Position numbers and translations under genes: made by a program. The notes beneath the pieces were generated by a model. That model saw only the letters and a list, made by a program, of their open reading frames with translations. It was not told the origin of the DNA and searched no databases. A stretch of DNA of 60,180 nt, filler included, from Hausera hauseri (Eukaryota), in assembly GCA_046269625.1 (NCBI GenBank). It is 11 parts of 11 records of this genome, joined end to end, with 100 filler letters (N's around TTAATTAATTAA, not from the genome) between each part and the next. Parts side by side here need not be neighbours in the genome. Positions count along the whole stretch, not along the records: positions 35,665 to 41,390 come from JBJURY010198747.1; positions 41,491 to 46,124 come from JBJURY010495797.1; positions 46,225 to 50,657 come from JBJURY010584000.1; 8 more parts are not named here. The stretch is one strand, 5' to 3'. Shown in pieces: positions 35,565-48,659 of this stretch. Within the stretch, counting starts at the first letter, position 1; each line of letters opens with the position of its first letter.

Positions 35565-35664
35565 NNNNNNNNNNNNNNNNNNNNNNNNNNNNNNNNNNNN
35601 NNNNNNNNTTAATTAATTAANNNNNNNNNNNNNNNNNNNNNNNNNNNNNNNNNNNNNNNNNNNN

Positions 35665-38300
35665 TTTGATTCTGGTAGGAAAGGTAACTGATCATGTTCT
35701 GCATGTTGAAGCCAATCGTAGTGAATATCTACCTCAAAGATATATCCCGTTTCAGCATCGCCGGTAATGCTCATGATATCTATGCTATCCGGATATTCTA
35801 CTCATTTAAAGTTATCATATGGAAGGCTGAGACTCATTGCCCAACCGTACAAGTTGTTTGCATCCAGATGTGATGAAAGATGATGGTTTTGTTTCATCGT
35901 AATTTAACAAATAAGTATTATTTGCTTCTGTATGCCGATGGACTACCTGATAAATTCCTCCTCCAATCCTCCTTTCAAGCATCAATATCATATCATAGTC
36001 TTTGAGTTTCTGCAGTCTCACTCCAGTATATCTGAGCATTGCCGCCCATGACATTCCCGGAGCAGTAAAGAAATGTGCGGGGTCCAGTTTGCTATTTGCC
36101 ATAGTAACATGCCTGAAACTCTCAAATACATCGGCTAGTAATAACACATCAGTTTTAAGATATGTATTGCTGTAGCCGCCAATAGTTTTACAATTGAAAG
36201 CCTGCCATACATTCTGGGCATGATTGTAATCATTATCGCTAATATCTGAATTTTATAGTGAACTGTAAAATTCCTGTTTTTCTGGTAGAAAATTTTCACC
36301 TAATTTGTCCCATGATGTAATATAATTATACGGGAAAACTCTTTATGCTTTACTAATCAAAAAGTGTTAGAGGGAAAATTTTCTTGTTTCTTTAAAATCA
36401 ACTGATGGAAGGTTTTTGGCTAAACTCTCAAGTGACACACTCATAAACTTGAAGCTGTCAATAAATCTGAGCTGTATTTTTCCGATGTTTTGTTATTGCT
36501 ATATATTTCTCTTCACTGTGATGGATAACATCAATCTTTCCCGTGACTTCACTTAATTCACGAACAAGGAGGTGAGAATCATACCCAATTAAATTATGAA
36601 AAACAATAGGAATAAAGTTGATTGTTCGGCACGAATTGCACGAATTGCATGCCGCTCCTCTGAAATATCCTGTGATATGACAATGATCCTTGACTTTGTG
36701 ATTGTAAGTAAAGATGTTACTGCATAGATATCGGTTGGTGACATTTTTCCATTCAGCTTTTCAGCCAATATAATAACTATGCGTTGTGATCTCATATTTT
36801 GAGCCGCATTTTCTATACGTTACAATCTCTTGATAAGTAAAAAAGCTGCTCCGGGATCTGTGCACAAAAAGGGCTTTAATCAAATCCTTTCGCATACATA
36901 CAAAATAAAGATAGTTGATGCAGTTGATAAGCTGTTGTAATGGAATGTTGATGATTTTGATGACATCTCTCTATTGTGTGTAATATTGCCTCAAACTCTC
37001 AATAAATGACTATTGATACTCTCAGCATTTTTCATAATCCTTAAACATTATGCAATTCTCGTTTGGAAAATCAACCCGTAAGCACTCATTTTTATTGCAA
37101 CACAATTTGTATTCTTTCAGTTGATCAGTATCATCATTGAAATGAGTAAAGCATCTTTTACACACTTATATTTCCATGGTGATTGGATACTTGTTTTGAG
37201 ACGAGTAGTGAAAGGTTTCTTATCCATACGCAATGATTATTGTCCCCTTCGTTTAATACAAGTAAGTCCATATGATCAGTTTTTTCACATTTATATACTT
37301 TAAGCGGATAAATTTTCTTGGAATCATCAATTGCAAAAAGATTGATTGAAATTAAATTAATTTTTTCAAATTTCTCAATATCATGAAATTGTGGTGGAAA
37401 GCTGATATATGAGAAATCATAGACGTGCTGAAGGTCTGTGTATAATTCCTCCATTTGAGCATTCCTATTTATAAATTTTGATAAAATTGCATATTTGAAA
37501 CAAGACTGATCTTTATTCTTAACATTAATGCATGTCTTTTTACTTTCAATCCAGTCATGTAGTTTAATGCAAGAACTTTCTGTCCATGGATAATATTTAT
37601 GTATCCGAATCAGTAAATTTTTAATCACCGACAGTGCCCAACCCCTGTTTTTTTCTTGACTTTTTCAGCTTCATGTACAAAATGTCCGAACTCATTCTCA
37701 AAAAATTCATTAATATTATTTTGTTCTAGAACTGGCTTGTTTTTTGTTTTAAATGCTCCTTTTGCTTCCTCACCATCTATGTCCGTATATATGGCTTCTA
37801 ATAATAAATTAACTTTGATAGATTTCACTTCAATCAAATTGTCTTCCAATAGTCGAATCGATTCATTTAAAATGGGATTCAGAAAATCCTGCAATGTATT
37901 TTGTCCTTCTGCAGGTAGAAAAAATTTTCGCATTTGACTTTTAAAAGTCACAGCATCAGGACGTCTTCGCCTGCTTCGCTTAATTTCTCTGGTCAAAGTG
38001 ACGCTAGAGCGTTTTCGGCCTCCTCCTGTTTTTACTAGTACACTGATTGACTGTTCATTTTTATTCTCGAATAATTTTGCAGCCATCTGAAGTAAATCCT
38101 TTTGATTTTGAAAATGACCTTTTTCTTTTTTGACAGAAGTCGGACAAGTGATGCCCATGTTGTTTGAAAAATCTGTATATGAAAGTCCTGAGACAGTTTC
38201 ACAGAATGGGCATATATAATAATGGGAACCATAAAATGAAATTCCGTAATATTTTCCAATTGTACTGTGACAATTTTCTTCATTGAGCACTGCGGAAATG
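35665..38300 (-). mobile_element. Decayed pPolB element, N-terminal region to motif A
   Basis: CHSTIGKYYG...YICPFC; CINVKNKDQSCFKYAILS; FEKINLISINLF; LLLADVFESFR, LDPAHFFTAPGMSW, DANNLYGWAMS. Confidence 0.9.
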
Positions 38301-38339
38301 CACTATTTGTAAAGTTGGCATTTCTAAAAATTTAAGGTA

Positions 38340-40770
38340 AAAATGTCAATTGCATAAAAGAAAATTTACTTTTGACATTGAATTGTTTGAAAAGAGGACT
38401 ATATTGAATTCAAGGAGTTCGAGAAGAAGCTCAAGGTACCAATAGTTATCCATTGCGACTTTGAAGCTATTCTCCGGCCAGTTCACAACTGCATTCCCTG
38501 TCCTCAATATAGCAGCACAAAGGCATACCAATATCATGAACTCTAATCATATTGCATGTATGCCAAAGGACTGGACAGTGAACCATTTCTATTCAGAGGT
38601 CCAGATGCAGCAGCACATTTCATAAACGGACTTGAAAACATGCGTCAGCAGCATGAGGATAATATCAGCATGTCGTGGAAACAAGAAGAAGAATGGCGCA
38701 AGGCAACAGCATGTTACTTGTGCTACAAGCCCTTCACCAAGGAAAATCGGAAAGTCAAGGATCACTGCCATTTTACAGGTGCATGTCGAGAGGCAGCATG
38801 AAACAATTGCAATTTTCGCTGCAAAACATGTACATATGTGCCTGTAGTGTTCCATAATCTCAGTGGCTATGATTCCCATTTCATGGTCCGAGAATTAGGC
38901 AACATTGAAGGAAACATTGAGGTGATCCCAAACAGTGAGGAGAAATACATCACATTTACGAAGCATGTTGGGAAAATCCGACTTCGCTTCATAGACGGCT
39001 TTTGTTTCATGTTGTCTTCACTGGACAGTTTAGTGAAGAACCTCCTTGCAAAAGAACTCAAGTAGACGAAGCAATTCTTCCCCACTACATTTGACCTAGT
39101 CAAGAGGAAAGGCCTGTTTCCCTATGACTACATAACATAATGGGAAACACTGGATGAGACCTCATTACCGGCCAAGAAGGACTTTTACAATATCATCTCT
39201 GATTGAGATATCAGTGATGCTGACTACCAGCATGCCCAGAACGTCTGTCATGCATTCCAATGCCGAAAATTAGGGGAATATAGTGATATATATCCAAATC
39301 GATGTGCTGCTGCTGACAGATGTCTTTGAGAGTTTCAGGGATGTTATAATGAAGAACCATGTTTGGATCCGGCTCATTTCTTTACGGCTCCAGGGATGAG
39401 TTGGGCAGCAATGCTGCGCTATACTGATATTAGGCTGCAGATCATTAAGTATATGATATGATCCTTATGATCGAGAAAGGCATTAGAGGCGGAATATGCC
39501 AGGCCATTCACCGGTATAGTGAGGCTAATAACAAGTATATGGCCGAATACGACTCAACAAAGGCATCCTTATATATATCATACCTAGATGCCAACAACTT
39601 GTATGGATGGGCAATGAGCGTCCCATTGCCATATGATAACTTTAAATGGGTCGGGAATCCTGAAAACATCCCTATATTGGACCTGGATTCCACTGAAGAT
39701 ACGGGATACATACTGGAGGTAGATATGGAATATCCGGGTTCTATGCACGCAAGGCATCAACAGCTACCTTTCCTCTCTGAGAGCAGGCCTCCGCCCCATG
39801 GAAAGCAGAGGAAGCTGATTGTCATCTGGGTAATAGGGGGAGGTACGTAGTCCACTACTTCATTCTCCAGCAGGCAGTTAGACATGGACTTCGTATTACT
39901 AAGATCCATAGAGCCCTGCAGTTGAGCCAGTTTATATGGCTGCAGTCATACATAGATTTCAATGTGAAGCTGCGGACTAATGCCAAGAACGACTTTAAGA
40001 AGGATCAATTCAAGCTTTATAACAACTCGGTCTTTGACAAGACCATGAAGAATATCCGCAACAGGATCAACATCGAGCTGGTCTCTGAATGGAAGCGGGC
40101 AAAGAAGTTCATTGCCAAGCCCAACTTCCACAGCAGCACCATATATTCTGAGAACTTGGTCAGCATCCAGATGCTGAAAGCAGCATTGCTATTCAACAAG
40201 CCCATATATGTTGGTATGGCAATCCTCGACCTGTTAAAGAACTTAATGTACAGATTTCATTATGACATCATGGTCCCCAAGTTCAAGTCCATGCAGCTGA
40301 TGTATATGGATACTGATATTTTCGTCTATCAGATCCATACAGTTGATATTTATGAGAACCCTGCCCAGTTGGCCCAACATATGGATACCTCGGACTGCCC
40401 GAAGGGTCATCCTTACTATTCAATTACCAATAAGAAAGTCATTGGGAAATTCAAAGACGAGGTGAATGGAGCAATCATCTCAAGATTTTTAGCTCTCAGA
40501 TCTGAAATGTATGCTCTAGACGTATGTGGCCAAATTAAAAAGAGAGCCAAGGGCGTTCAAAGGGCTACATTGGACAAGAAGATCAGTTTTGAAGACTGTG
40601 AGAGTTCTGCAGGAGCAGACTCACATTATATCGGAAATGAGAAGAATGCAATCTAGGGATCATAACATCCAAACAGTAACTCTCCATAAAAAAGCCTATA
40701 TTGGATGGATGGCAAGAGGCAGATCCTGGGTGATGGAATCGATACACTACCTCAAGGACATGTGGCATTG
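38340..40770 (+). mobile_element. Decayed pPolB, exonuclease to C-terminus, with EndoVII-like zinc-finger insert
   Basis: CDFEAIL, CYLC...KVKDHCHFTG, FHNLSGYDSH, YLDANNLYGWAMS, FKLYNNSVFDKT, YMDTD, IGKFKDE, KRAKGVQR; AATAAA at 40803. Confidence 0.93.
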
Positions 40771-40964
40771 TAAATATTGTTATTCATTGTTACTCATTGT
40801 TTAATAAATGTTGTATAGAAATATCGTGTTGTCTTCTTGATCAATTAATGTGGGATATAGGATAAGGCCAATTAAAACTAAGTAACTACTCTATAGGTTA
40901 AAACCAACTAATTTCATAACACATTTATTTAATAACAATATAACTTTGACATAACGCTGAAAAC

Positions 40965-41340
40965 TTTTTGTCTGTGTGTGTGCTTATATGTGCTTGTAAA
41001 ATATGAGTAATCTGAGAAAAGGTATGTACGAAATATATGTCAGTATGCTTGTGCATGTAAAATGTAAGTAACTTGCGAAATGAATGATTAAGATATATGG
41101 TTTGTGCTTGTGTGCATGTATGTGCATGTAAAGTGCAACTAACCAGAGAAAAGGTATATCTCAGGTATATGTCAGTGTGTTTACCTGTGTGAGTGTTTCT
41201 CTGTGCTTGTAAAATGTGACTTGAGCAAATGTATAGCTCAGTTATATGTATGTGCATGTATGCAAAATGCAACTAACTTGGGAAAATGTATAGCTCAAAT
41301 ATATGTCTGTATGCTTGTGCATGTGTGTAAAATACAAGTA
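40965..41340. repeat. Degenerate TG-rich tandem repeat downstream of pPolB
   Basis: Recurring TGCTTGTGCATGT, TGTAAAATG and GAAAAGGTAT/GAAAATGTATAGCTCA motifs. Confidence 0.7.
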
Positions 41341-41490
41341 ATATTTAGCTGAGAGTAATATGCTGGTATTACAGATTGGGTAATTGTAGTNNNNNNNNNN
41401 NNNNNNNNNNNNNNNNNNNNNNNNNNNNNNNNNNTTAATTAATTAANNNNNNNNNNNNNNNNNNNNNNNNNNNNNNNNNNNNNNNNNNNN

Positions 41491-44400
41491 CTGGAAACCG
41501 CAAGGAGCTTGATTTTTCAGCCAAACGAATTTAGCCGTGTACAAATCTTCAGGTATGTATGTTTTATCTTTGTGAAGTATCCTGCAAAACGAGTCTTTGC
41601 TGACTTCGACGAAGTGATTTGGCGCCGCCCGTATTGTCTAATCTGTGTGAGTGTCGTCTAGGGCGGTTAGTACAAATAATGATCGGACAGGAGCTCCGAA
41701 TAAGGCTTCAGTAGGCGAGCATCCTGTAGAAGTGGACGAAGTGTTCCGCGAGCCAAGCAGAACGAGTGGAAGAAGATTGGTCCAACTACTGTTGGACTCT
41801 GCTAGAATGCGTAGTGACGTTTTCAATGTGCGGTGGAAGCGTTCTAGGAGGCCATTCGATTGGGGATGATAAAGCGTTGTATGAATGTGATGGATCCCCA
41901 ATCGGTTAACGATGGATTTAAACAGGTTGGATTCAAATTTTGGACCTTGGTCCGTGATGATGAAGCAAGGTCATCCGAACCTGCTAATTTATGTGCGAAT
42001 AAAAACGTCAGCTATGGTGTCGGTGTTTGTGCTCCGCTGAGGAATGGCTTCAGGCCATCTCAAGGAACGGTCCATCATGGTGAGGATTAATTGATGACCG
42101 TTGTCGATATGTACGGACTCAAAACGCGATGTGCAGGGAAAGTGGAATAGTAATGTCTTTAAATGCTTAGTTGTTTTGTATTTTTGGAATGCCACACACT
42201 CCTTAACCCATGCCTGCACATCAGAACGTATTGACAGCCATATGACTTTTCGATGCAGAAGACGAAAAATGGCATTATCACCAGGATGGTGTAATGAATG
42301 TACGTGGTGAAGTGCTTGTCTTTGCAATGAAGGTGCTAGAATTATTACTGAATGGCCTGATTTGGATGTGTCTAAAGCCACGCCGTCAACTATTGTGCAA
42401 GATTTGAAAGACTTAAGCATGTATGGAAGTGGCTGGTTCTGTTGGAGTTGTTCTTGTGCAAAAATCGGAAAAAAATTAATAGAACTAACCGACCTAGATA
42501 AAAAATCAGCAACCAAATTGTTAACCCCATTGATATGTTTAACATCAAAATTAAATATCGATAAGTATGATATTTGCCGTTTTTGGCGTGTGGAGGGGTG
42601 TTTCATGTCCATGATGTTAAGTAAAGGTTTGTGGTCAGTTTGTACAGTGAAATGACGAGCGACGAGTAAGTGTGAGAAATGTTTGAGAGCGAGAACGATT
42701 GCCAATAGTTCTCAGTCAAACGTGGAGTATCGAGTTTTAGGTGCGGTTAGTTTGCGAGAGAAAAATTCCAATGGTTGGTTTTCCCCCTTGTAGATTTGGT
42801 GGAGTACAGCGCCTACAGCAGTGGTTGATGCGTCAGTGGTGAGGATAAGTTCTGCATCAGGCTTGGGAAAAGCAAGAATATCTACAGTTTTGATGCCGTC
42901 ACGGAGTTTATCGAATTTGTCAACCAATTCAGGTGTCCATTGGATTAGTTGATGTTTTTTGCCGCCGCTTAGATGTGCGAATGGAGCTGTTAATTCCGAG
43001 CAATATGGCACATATTTATGTACAAAGTGAAGTGTGCCAAGGAAGCGACGCATTTCGGTGGTCGTACGTGGCAATTGGATGTTTTTAAGGGCTTTGACTT
43101 GATCTGATTGGGGAGAATGACCGTCTGATGTAATAACGTAGCCTAAGAAGTTAATTTATTTTTTGAAAAAGTGGCATTTGTCGAAGTTAATCTGTAAATT
43201 ATAGTGATGAAGACGTCGGAATATTGCGCGAAGATGTTTGTCGTGCTGTTTGGCCGAAGATGAAACGACTAAAATGTCGTCGATATGAGGGTGTGCAAAC
43301 GAGAAATCGGAAAGAATTGAGTCGATGTGCCGCTGGAAAGTTTTTGCGGCATTCCGCAAACCGAATGGCATGAATAGATATTCGTAGAGGCCGAACGGAG
43401 TAGTTACTGTGGTTTTTGTAATGTCTTCAGGTGCTACCAGTATTTGATGGTATGCTTTAGCTAGATCAGTGGTTGAATAAATAGTGGTTGAATTAAGACA
43501 ATGCAAGATATCCTTGATGAGTAGTAAAGGATATGCGTCCATGATGGTCAAGTTATTAAGCTGACTACCGAGTCACCGCATGGTCTAAATGTACCATACT
43601 TTTTTGTACGACGTGTAACGGTGATGACAAAGGAGATTTGGAACGGCGTATTATGCCGGAGCGTTCTAGCTCAAGAACTTCGATCGAATGTCTGTATTAG
43701 TATTTAAAAATTTACGGATAGAATTATCGTTATAAAAAATCAAATTATTAGCTGACTTTTCTAATATAGACTTCCGCATTCCGGTCGACTTCGCGTTAGT
43801 CGAAATACTATTTATATGTCCAGAAATGTTGCCAGTGGTGCCGCTCCTGAGACATCGCTGGCCTCAGTCAACCAGTAAATTGTAGTACGAGAGAAAGTCA
43901 GATCCAAAAATTGCCGACTGGACGTTAGCGACTGTGAACGTCCAGCGGAAAGATGTAGAGAAATTTGGTAGGGTGAAAGATAGTGTAACCGTGCCCGAGA
44001 TGTTCGACGGCTGTCCTGAAGCAGTATATAAAGGCTTGATTTTTAAAGGAGAGTTTTGTGCAGGAAAGTTTTGCGGTAATAGAGAAATGGCTGCCCCTGT
44101 ATCAATAAGGAAGACAAGAGATTGAGTTGTAGGGGCAGTAACTGCGGCTTTTAGCGTGAAGACTGAGAAAGAGACATGTCGGCGTTTAGAGTGTGAAGGA
44201 GTGCTATTGCCAGAGGTTGCCGTGACTTCTTGCGGCGAAGTTAGTTTTTTGGAAAAGGAGAAGTGGGACGACTGTTTCAACTGAAGGCAGTACGTCCGTC
44301 GTGCGTATTGGATTTGAAGGTGCAGCCGGGGGTATATTTAAGTGCTTGATTTTTGAATCTCGCATGGTAAATGCAAACAGCGGTGTTGGAGGAAAATTTA

Positions 44401-45435
44401 CTGTTGTAAAATTGGCAACCGAGGCAGCATTTCTGAGCATATGTGTTGAATTTGCTATGGTAATAGCAGATTGACCAACGCGCAGGCGGTGGTGAACGGT
44501 TTTGTTACGTAGAACGGGTACGAGAAGCGGCAAAACCCCCTCGTTGGGACAAAGACAATTCATTTAATTTATCATTTATTGAGTTGATAGTTGCATACAA
44601 TGCAATATTTTCAGCTGGTAGCTGACTTAGCTTCTGTTCCATGGGCGTGTTAGTTGTTTGTATGTCATTGGCAGCAACTGCTGCTGAAACTACAGGTTGC
44701 GAATTTATGTGGAGGACATCGTATGTCCTATCGGCCAATTCGGCCAATTTATCAAGTGGCGTGGAGTCTGCCACCACAGGAAGAAGGGCCCGGATTTGAA
44801 TAGGTAGGGCGTTTATAAAATAATGGCGTAAAAGATCCGGGTTTTGTTCCTTAGTTACTCCAAGAGTACGCAAGTGTGCTAGTGAAGTGCGTAAGAAGTC
44901 ACTGGGTTTTTGCGTGCCCAGTGCATTTTTGTTAAAAAAACTCTGCATTATGAAGTTAATGGAAGGTTCGGTCTGTTTTAAGACAGCGTCTAATAGTTGG
45001 GTGTAAGGGTCCGGGTGCTGAAAAATGTCTAGCAAGTTATATATTCATTCCACCACGGATATGAAGATGTATGTTGAAGCAAGCTCGATTTGGAAAAGAT
45101 AAAGTTTCGTTAAGATGAATGATAGCGCCGTGATGAGTAAGGAAGAAATCTGAAGAGCCAAGGATAGAAGAAAGGTGGGTTTGAAAGGCGGAGATATGCG
45201 GGTGTGTATTATGGAGGGTATATATGTGGACGTTATTATAAAAAAGAGAATGAAGGTAAGGGAAGTGGTGGGCCTAGGGATATGACTTAGAGCAGACATC
45301 GAAGGTGCCCCCCGACCGACCGGCGCAGGATTGGCGGTCGGGATGTCAGCACCGGCAGGGCGGGTACGAAAATACGGGGTGCCGGAGTTTACCCTTAAAG
45401 GTGCCGTCATACATTCCTGGTACAAAGTCACCAAT
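41491..45435 (-). mobile_element. Decayed CsRn1-like Ty3/Gypsy element: gag, PR, RT, RNase H, integrase
   Basis: Gag QKPSDFL...LADR and CYYHSKFNTYAQKCCLGC (CHCC type); FLIDTGAAISLLP; DAYPL, TTPFGLYEY..MPFGLRNA, HIDDIL; TTDAST, QPLEFFSRKL, TDHKPL; HIHTTLYHPQSNGLLERFHRTLK; PBS-like TGGTGAC at about 45427-45433. Confidence 0.93.
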
Positions 45436-45599
45436 GCCCGAGAATTAAATTCGCGATTCACGTTACTCAACACGTTGTCTTCTTTCGGTTCCCGTAAATT
45501 ATTATGAATGCAAACCATATTTGCCCATTTGTTAGATGTATGGAAAAATTGCACAAAACTCACTTTAGAAGCAGGCAATAATCGAGCGGAGGAAGTGTA

Positions 45600-45950
45600 G
45601 GCACCACCCAGGAACAAGGAACTTCTCATACCGGCTTTTCTCGTCGATAACAAGTGATAGAATATATGAAATGATCTTTCTGTTTCTGTTGATACATTCA
45701 ACATTCTTTGAGATTTCTCGAGGATGCCCGAATGAGAAGCTGAAAGTTTTGTTTCGTGTTATGCGGTAAACGTCAACAATCCCTTTCAACAATATTATCC
45801 CCTTATCGGTACTAAATACCTCTACTTTAAGAGGTTCCGTCTCCACTTGATAAATGACTCGAGAAACGTCAGTAATTAACTTTCAACATTTAGCTAGACA
45901 TCTTAACCATTGTTCGAGCATATTTTCGCGACGACTGTGTTGTCATATTT
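45600..45950 (-). pseudogene. Myosin motor-domain fragment
   Basis: ILEKSQR......ERSFHIFYHLL resembles the myosin LLEKSRV...ERNFHIFYQLL motif. Confidence 0.55.
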
Positions 45951-46272
45951 AACTCCTTTTATTGATCTGATAAATCATGCTGATGTACAGATTGTTCTTG
46001 TGAAACACGCTTTTCATTTATACCAGATCAATGCTATTATGCAACGAATGTGATGAAAAATCTTCAAATTCAATGATGGAGTCATTTTGTTTATATTTAT
46101 TATTTTTGTTTGAAAGATCTCTGTNNNNNNNNNNNNNNNNNNNNNNNNNNNNNNNNNNNNNNNNNNNNTTAATTAATTAANNNNNNNNNNNNNNNNNNNN
46201 NNNNNNNNNNNNNNNNNNNNNNNNATCTAGCCCGTGACTGAAACTTATTGTGATAGACGCAAATGGGGTTGT

Positions 46273-47000
46273 TCACAGCGTACCGTTAACTGTAGAACCG
46301 AAAACCCAAAAAGCATTTCGGAGCATCCCTTCAAAACGCGTGTGATAAAAGCAAGTCATGAGTCCACCAGGTGAAATGGATCGAGCAGAGTGTTTGTAAA
46401 TCCTTCTCTCCCTTGAAGGTCTGGTTTCACTTTGTCGAGGCCCATTAAGATTATTTAGTTTTGTAGTAGTGGCCAAAATCGACTGCTGTAACTCGTCAAA
46501 CTGTTGCTGCATCGTTTGCAATTGTTGTGAAAATGTAGTGTTATCTGTGTGCGAATGTATGTGAGCGGTTGCTGCAGCTACTTGTTGTTGACTATTAGAT
46601 TGCAAAATGTCAAAGCTTTTGTCTGCCAATAAGGCGAGCTTTTCAAGGGCCATTGAGTCATCTACTACAGTGAGCAGCGCTCTGATGGAGGTTGGCAGGA
46701 GTGAATGAAAATACCGACGAAGAAGATCGGCATTGTTTATGGGAGTGAATGCTAAGGAGCTCAATTGCGAGATTGCAGTTTTACGGAAATCCGACGGTTT
46801 TTGATTTCCGATGGCGTATTCATTAAAGTATTTCTGAATTATGCTGTCAATGGAATGGTCGGTGATATGCAGAACTGATTCATAAAGCATATCGTATAAA
46901 CTTGAAGAAGTGAGTATGTCGGTCAGATTATTAATTTGCTGCTTGATATTAGCTGGAAGTAGTAGCAGCAGACTGTTCGCCCGCAAAAAGTAGTCTGTGA
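46273..47000 (-). pseudogene. CsRn1-like Gypsy gag, second subfamily
   Basis: QKPSDF...DLLRRYF..LLP..IRALL.VV.DS..LEKLA.LAD and TCFYHTRF; homologous to 44505..45035. Confidence 0.85.
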
Positions 47001-47133
47001 TATGATTGGCTTTAAGCCATTGTAAATAAAACTGTAACCAAGTGCGCCTCGAATTGGTTTTATCAAGAAAAATTCTGAGCAGGAAAGATTTGAAGATGTA
47101 GTTGGTGTGGGGTCGCAGGACGATGACCAGATC

Positions 47134-47746
47134 TGGTTTTTGTTAAATTTTCGGCGGAAGGGTAAGGGTCTGATCCACCACGGAATCGAAAATGGACAGT
47201 AATAATCACTGAATGTTTCCCGGATGCAAAGGATAACAGAGTCGGAAGTAAAAGAGTCAAGCCATTGTGCATGCAATAAAAGTCGGAGGAGTCGAAAAAG
47301 GAAGACAATGCAGAATAAAGGATGTGCGCCGTATATTTGCATGCAACCCTTGGTGTGTATCTGTTTGTTATTGAAAAAAAGTGGATGCAGTACAGCGGGA
47401 GCGTTCACGCTCAATTTCTTATCCAAATCATCGACAGCTCTTTCACTGATAACGTTGTTTCGCATTATAAATGATAGAGTAACCATATGTGTATATCTAT
47501 CATAATTACTTTTTATTGATAGCGACTCTGGCAGTCGTTCCTGAGGTTTTTGCATCAACTGAGCTGATTTCACTAATTCTTTGACAATTTGTTTGGTATG
47601 GTCCACCGAAGTTATCAAAAATGCGGTTTCTGAAGTAGTTGATAATACCGTAGCTAAATTTGTAGTTAAAATTGATAACCCGAGAAGCAAATTTATTGAT
47701 GGATAAAATTGTCGATCGAATGTTGTCAAATATTGGTTTGCCAACA
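47134..47746 (-). repeat. Putative LTR (TG...CA) with G-rich PPT upstream and TGG PBS-like site downstream
   Basis: Minus strand G10-AAACTC-TGTTGGC at 47762-47740; ...CCA-GATC-TGGTCATCG at about 47135-47121, then gag; no second LTR to confirm. Confidence 0.5.
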
Positions 47747-48659
47747 GAGTTTCCCCCCCCCCGTATGCTGATGTGGTTGTGATGCCGAACAACTATCCAC
47801 TGAATAATTTTGGTCAAGTACGATCAAAGACATATTTCTTGAATGTATTCTTTGAGAGTTAAAAAGGTCATACAAAGTTTTCTTTCGGCAAAGTTGCTGG
47901 ACGTGATGGCAACAACCACTTTGGCTTGAGTCATAATGCGATGCCGCGGACTTGGGCCGGAATTGCATAGACAAAATATTTTATGGAGAAAAATGAAATA
48001 GTCCATTTAAACCAACAGGATCTAGAGTCATTTATTTAGGTAATTCACATTTGTTAGCGTTTGTTGTTTTGCTTCGATTTATTTGCTAAGTGTTGTTTTT
48101 GTATACGGATTTTATTTCTGAAATCCAATTTGGTGTTACTTCATACTGTATTTATTTATCGTGTGTTTATTTGATATCGTTCTGTTTGTTAGATGTATGA
48201 AATGGTTAATCCAAAGACAAGGCAGGATTACATAAAGGAAATAGATTCGTTGAAGTTTAGAAAATGGAAGTGATAATCTAATTGATGAACGAATGTTAGA
48301 TGACGATATACCTTTTGGACGTCCTTCGATCTCAGTCTATATACGCGTTCGAAATAATCAGAATCACTAAGCAACAGGTCTTCAAGTTGCACGCAAGAAT
48401 TATTTCCACTGTCTGAACTCTTAAAAGAAGCATGTTCCATGAAGCTTCATTAATAAAGCGATGTTCTTTCTGCGATGAACCATGACATTATGATAAGTCT
48501 TATTGTAATATGTGAGAGTAATTTGTTGGATCTGTAATCTACTTCAAACGACCACAGTTGTTGTTCGTCACTTACAACGTGTACGAACTGTGAAAAGTCT
48601 AAAATTAATTACAAATACGAAGTAGTGTACGTTCTGTCGAAATTTTACATCGGATGATT

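Noticed and set aside
43680-43815. Short AT-rich segment with a small hairpin between protease and RT
   Set aside because: Too short and without clear TSD or TIR to classify; probably indel debris.
45045-45704. 219-aa ORF as a myosin-retrotransposon fusion gene
   Set aside because: Chance read-through from a myosin relic into the Gypsy 5' leader; low complexity and no support for function.
46923-47792. 289-aa ORF upstream of gag as an extra gene
   Set aside because: It spans the putative PPT, LTR and PBS, has a non-ATG start and no recognisable motif.
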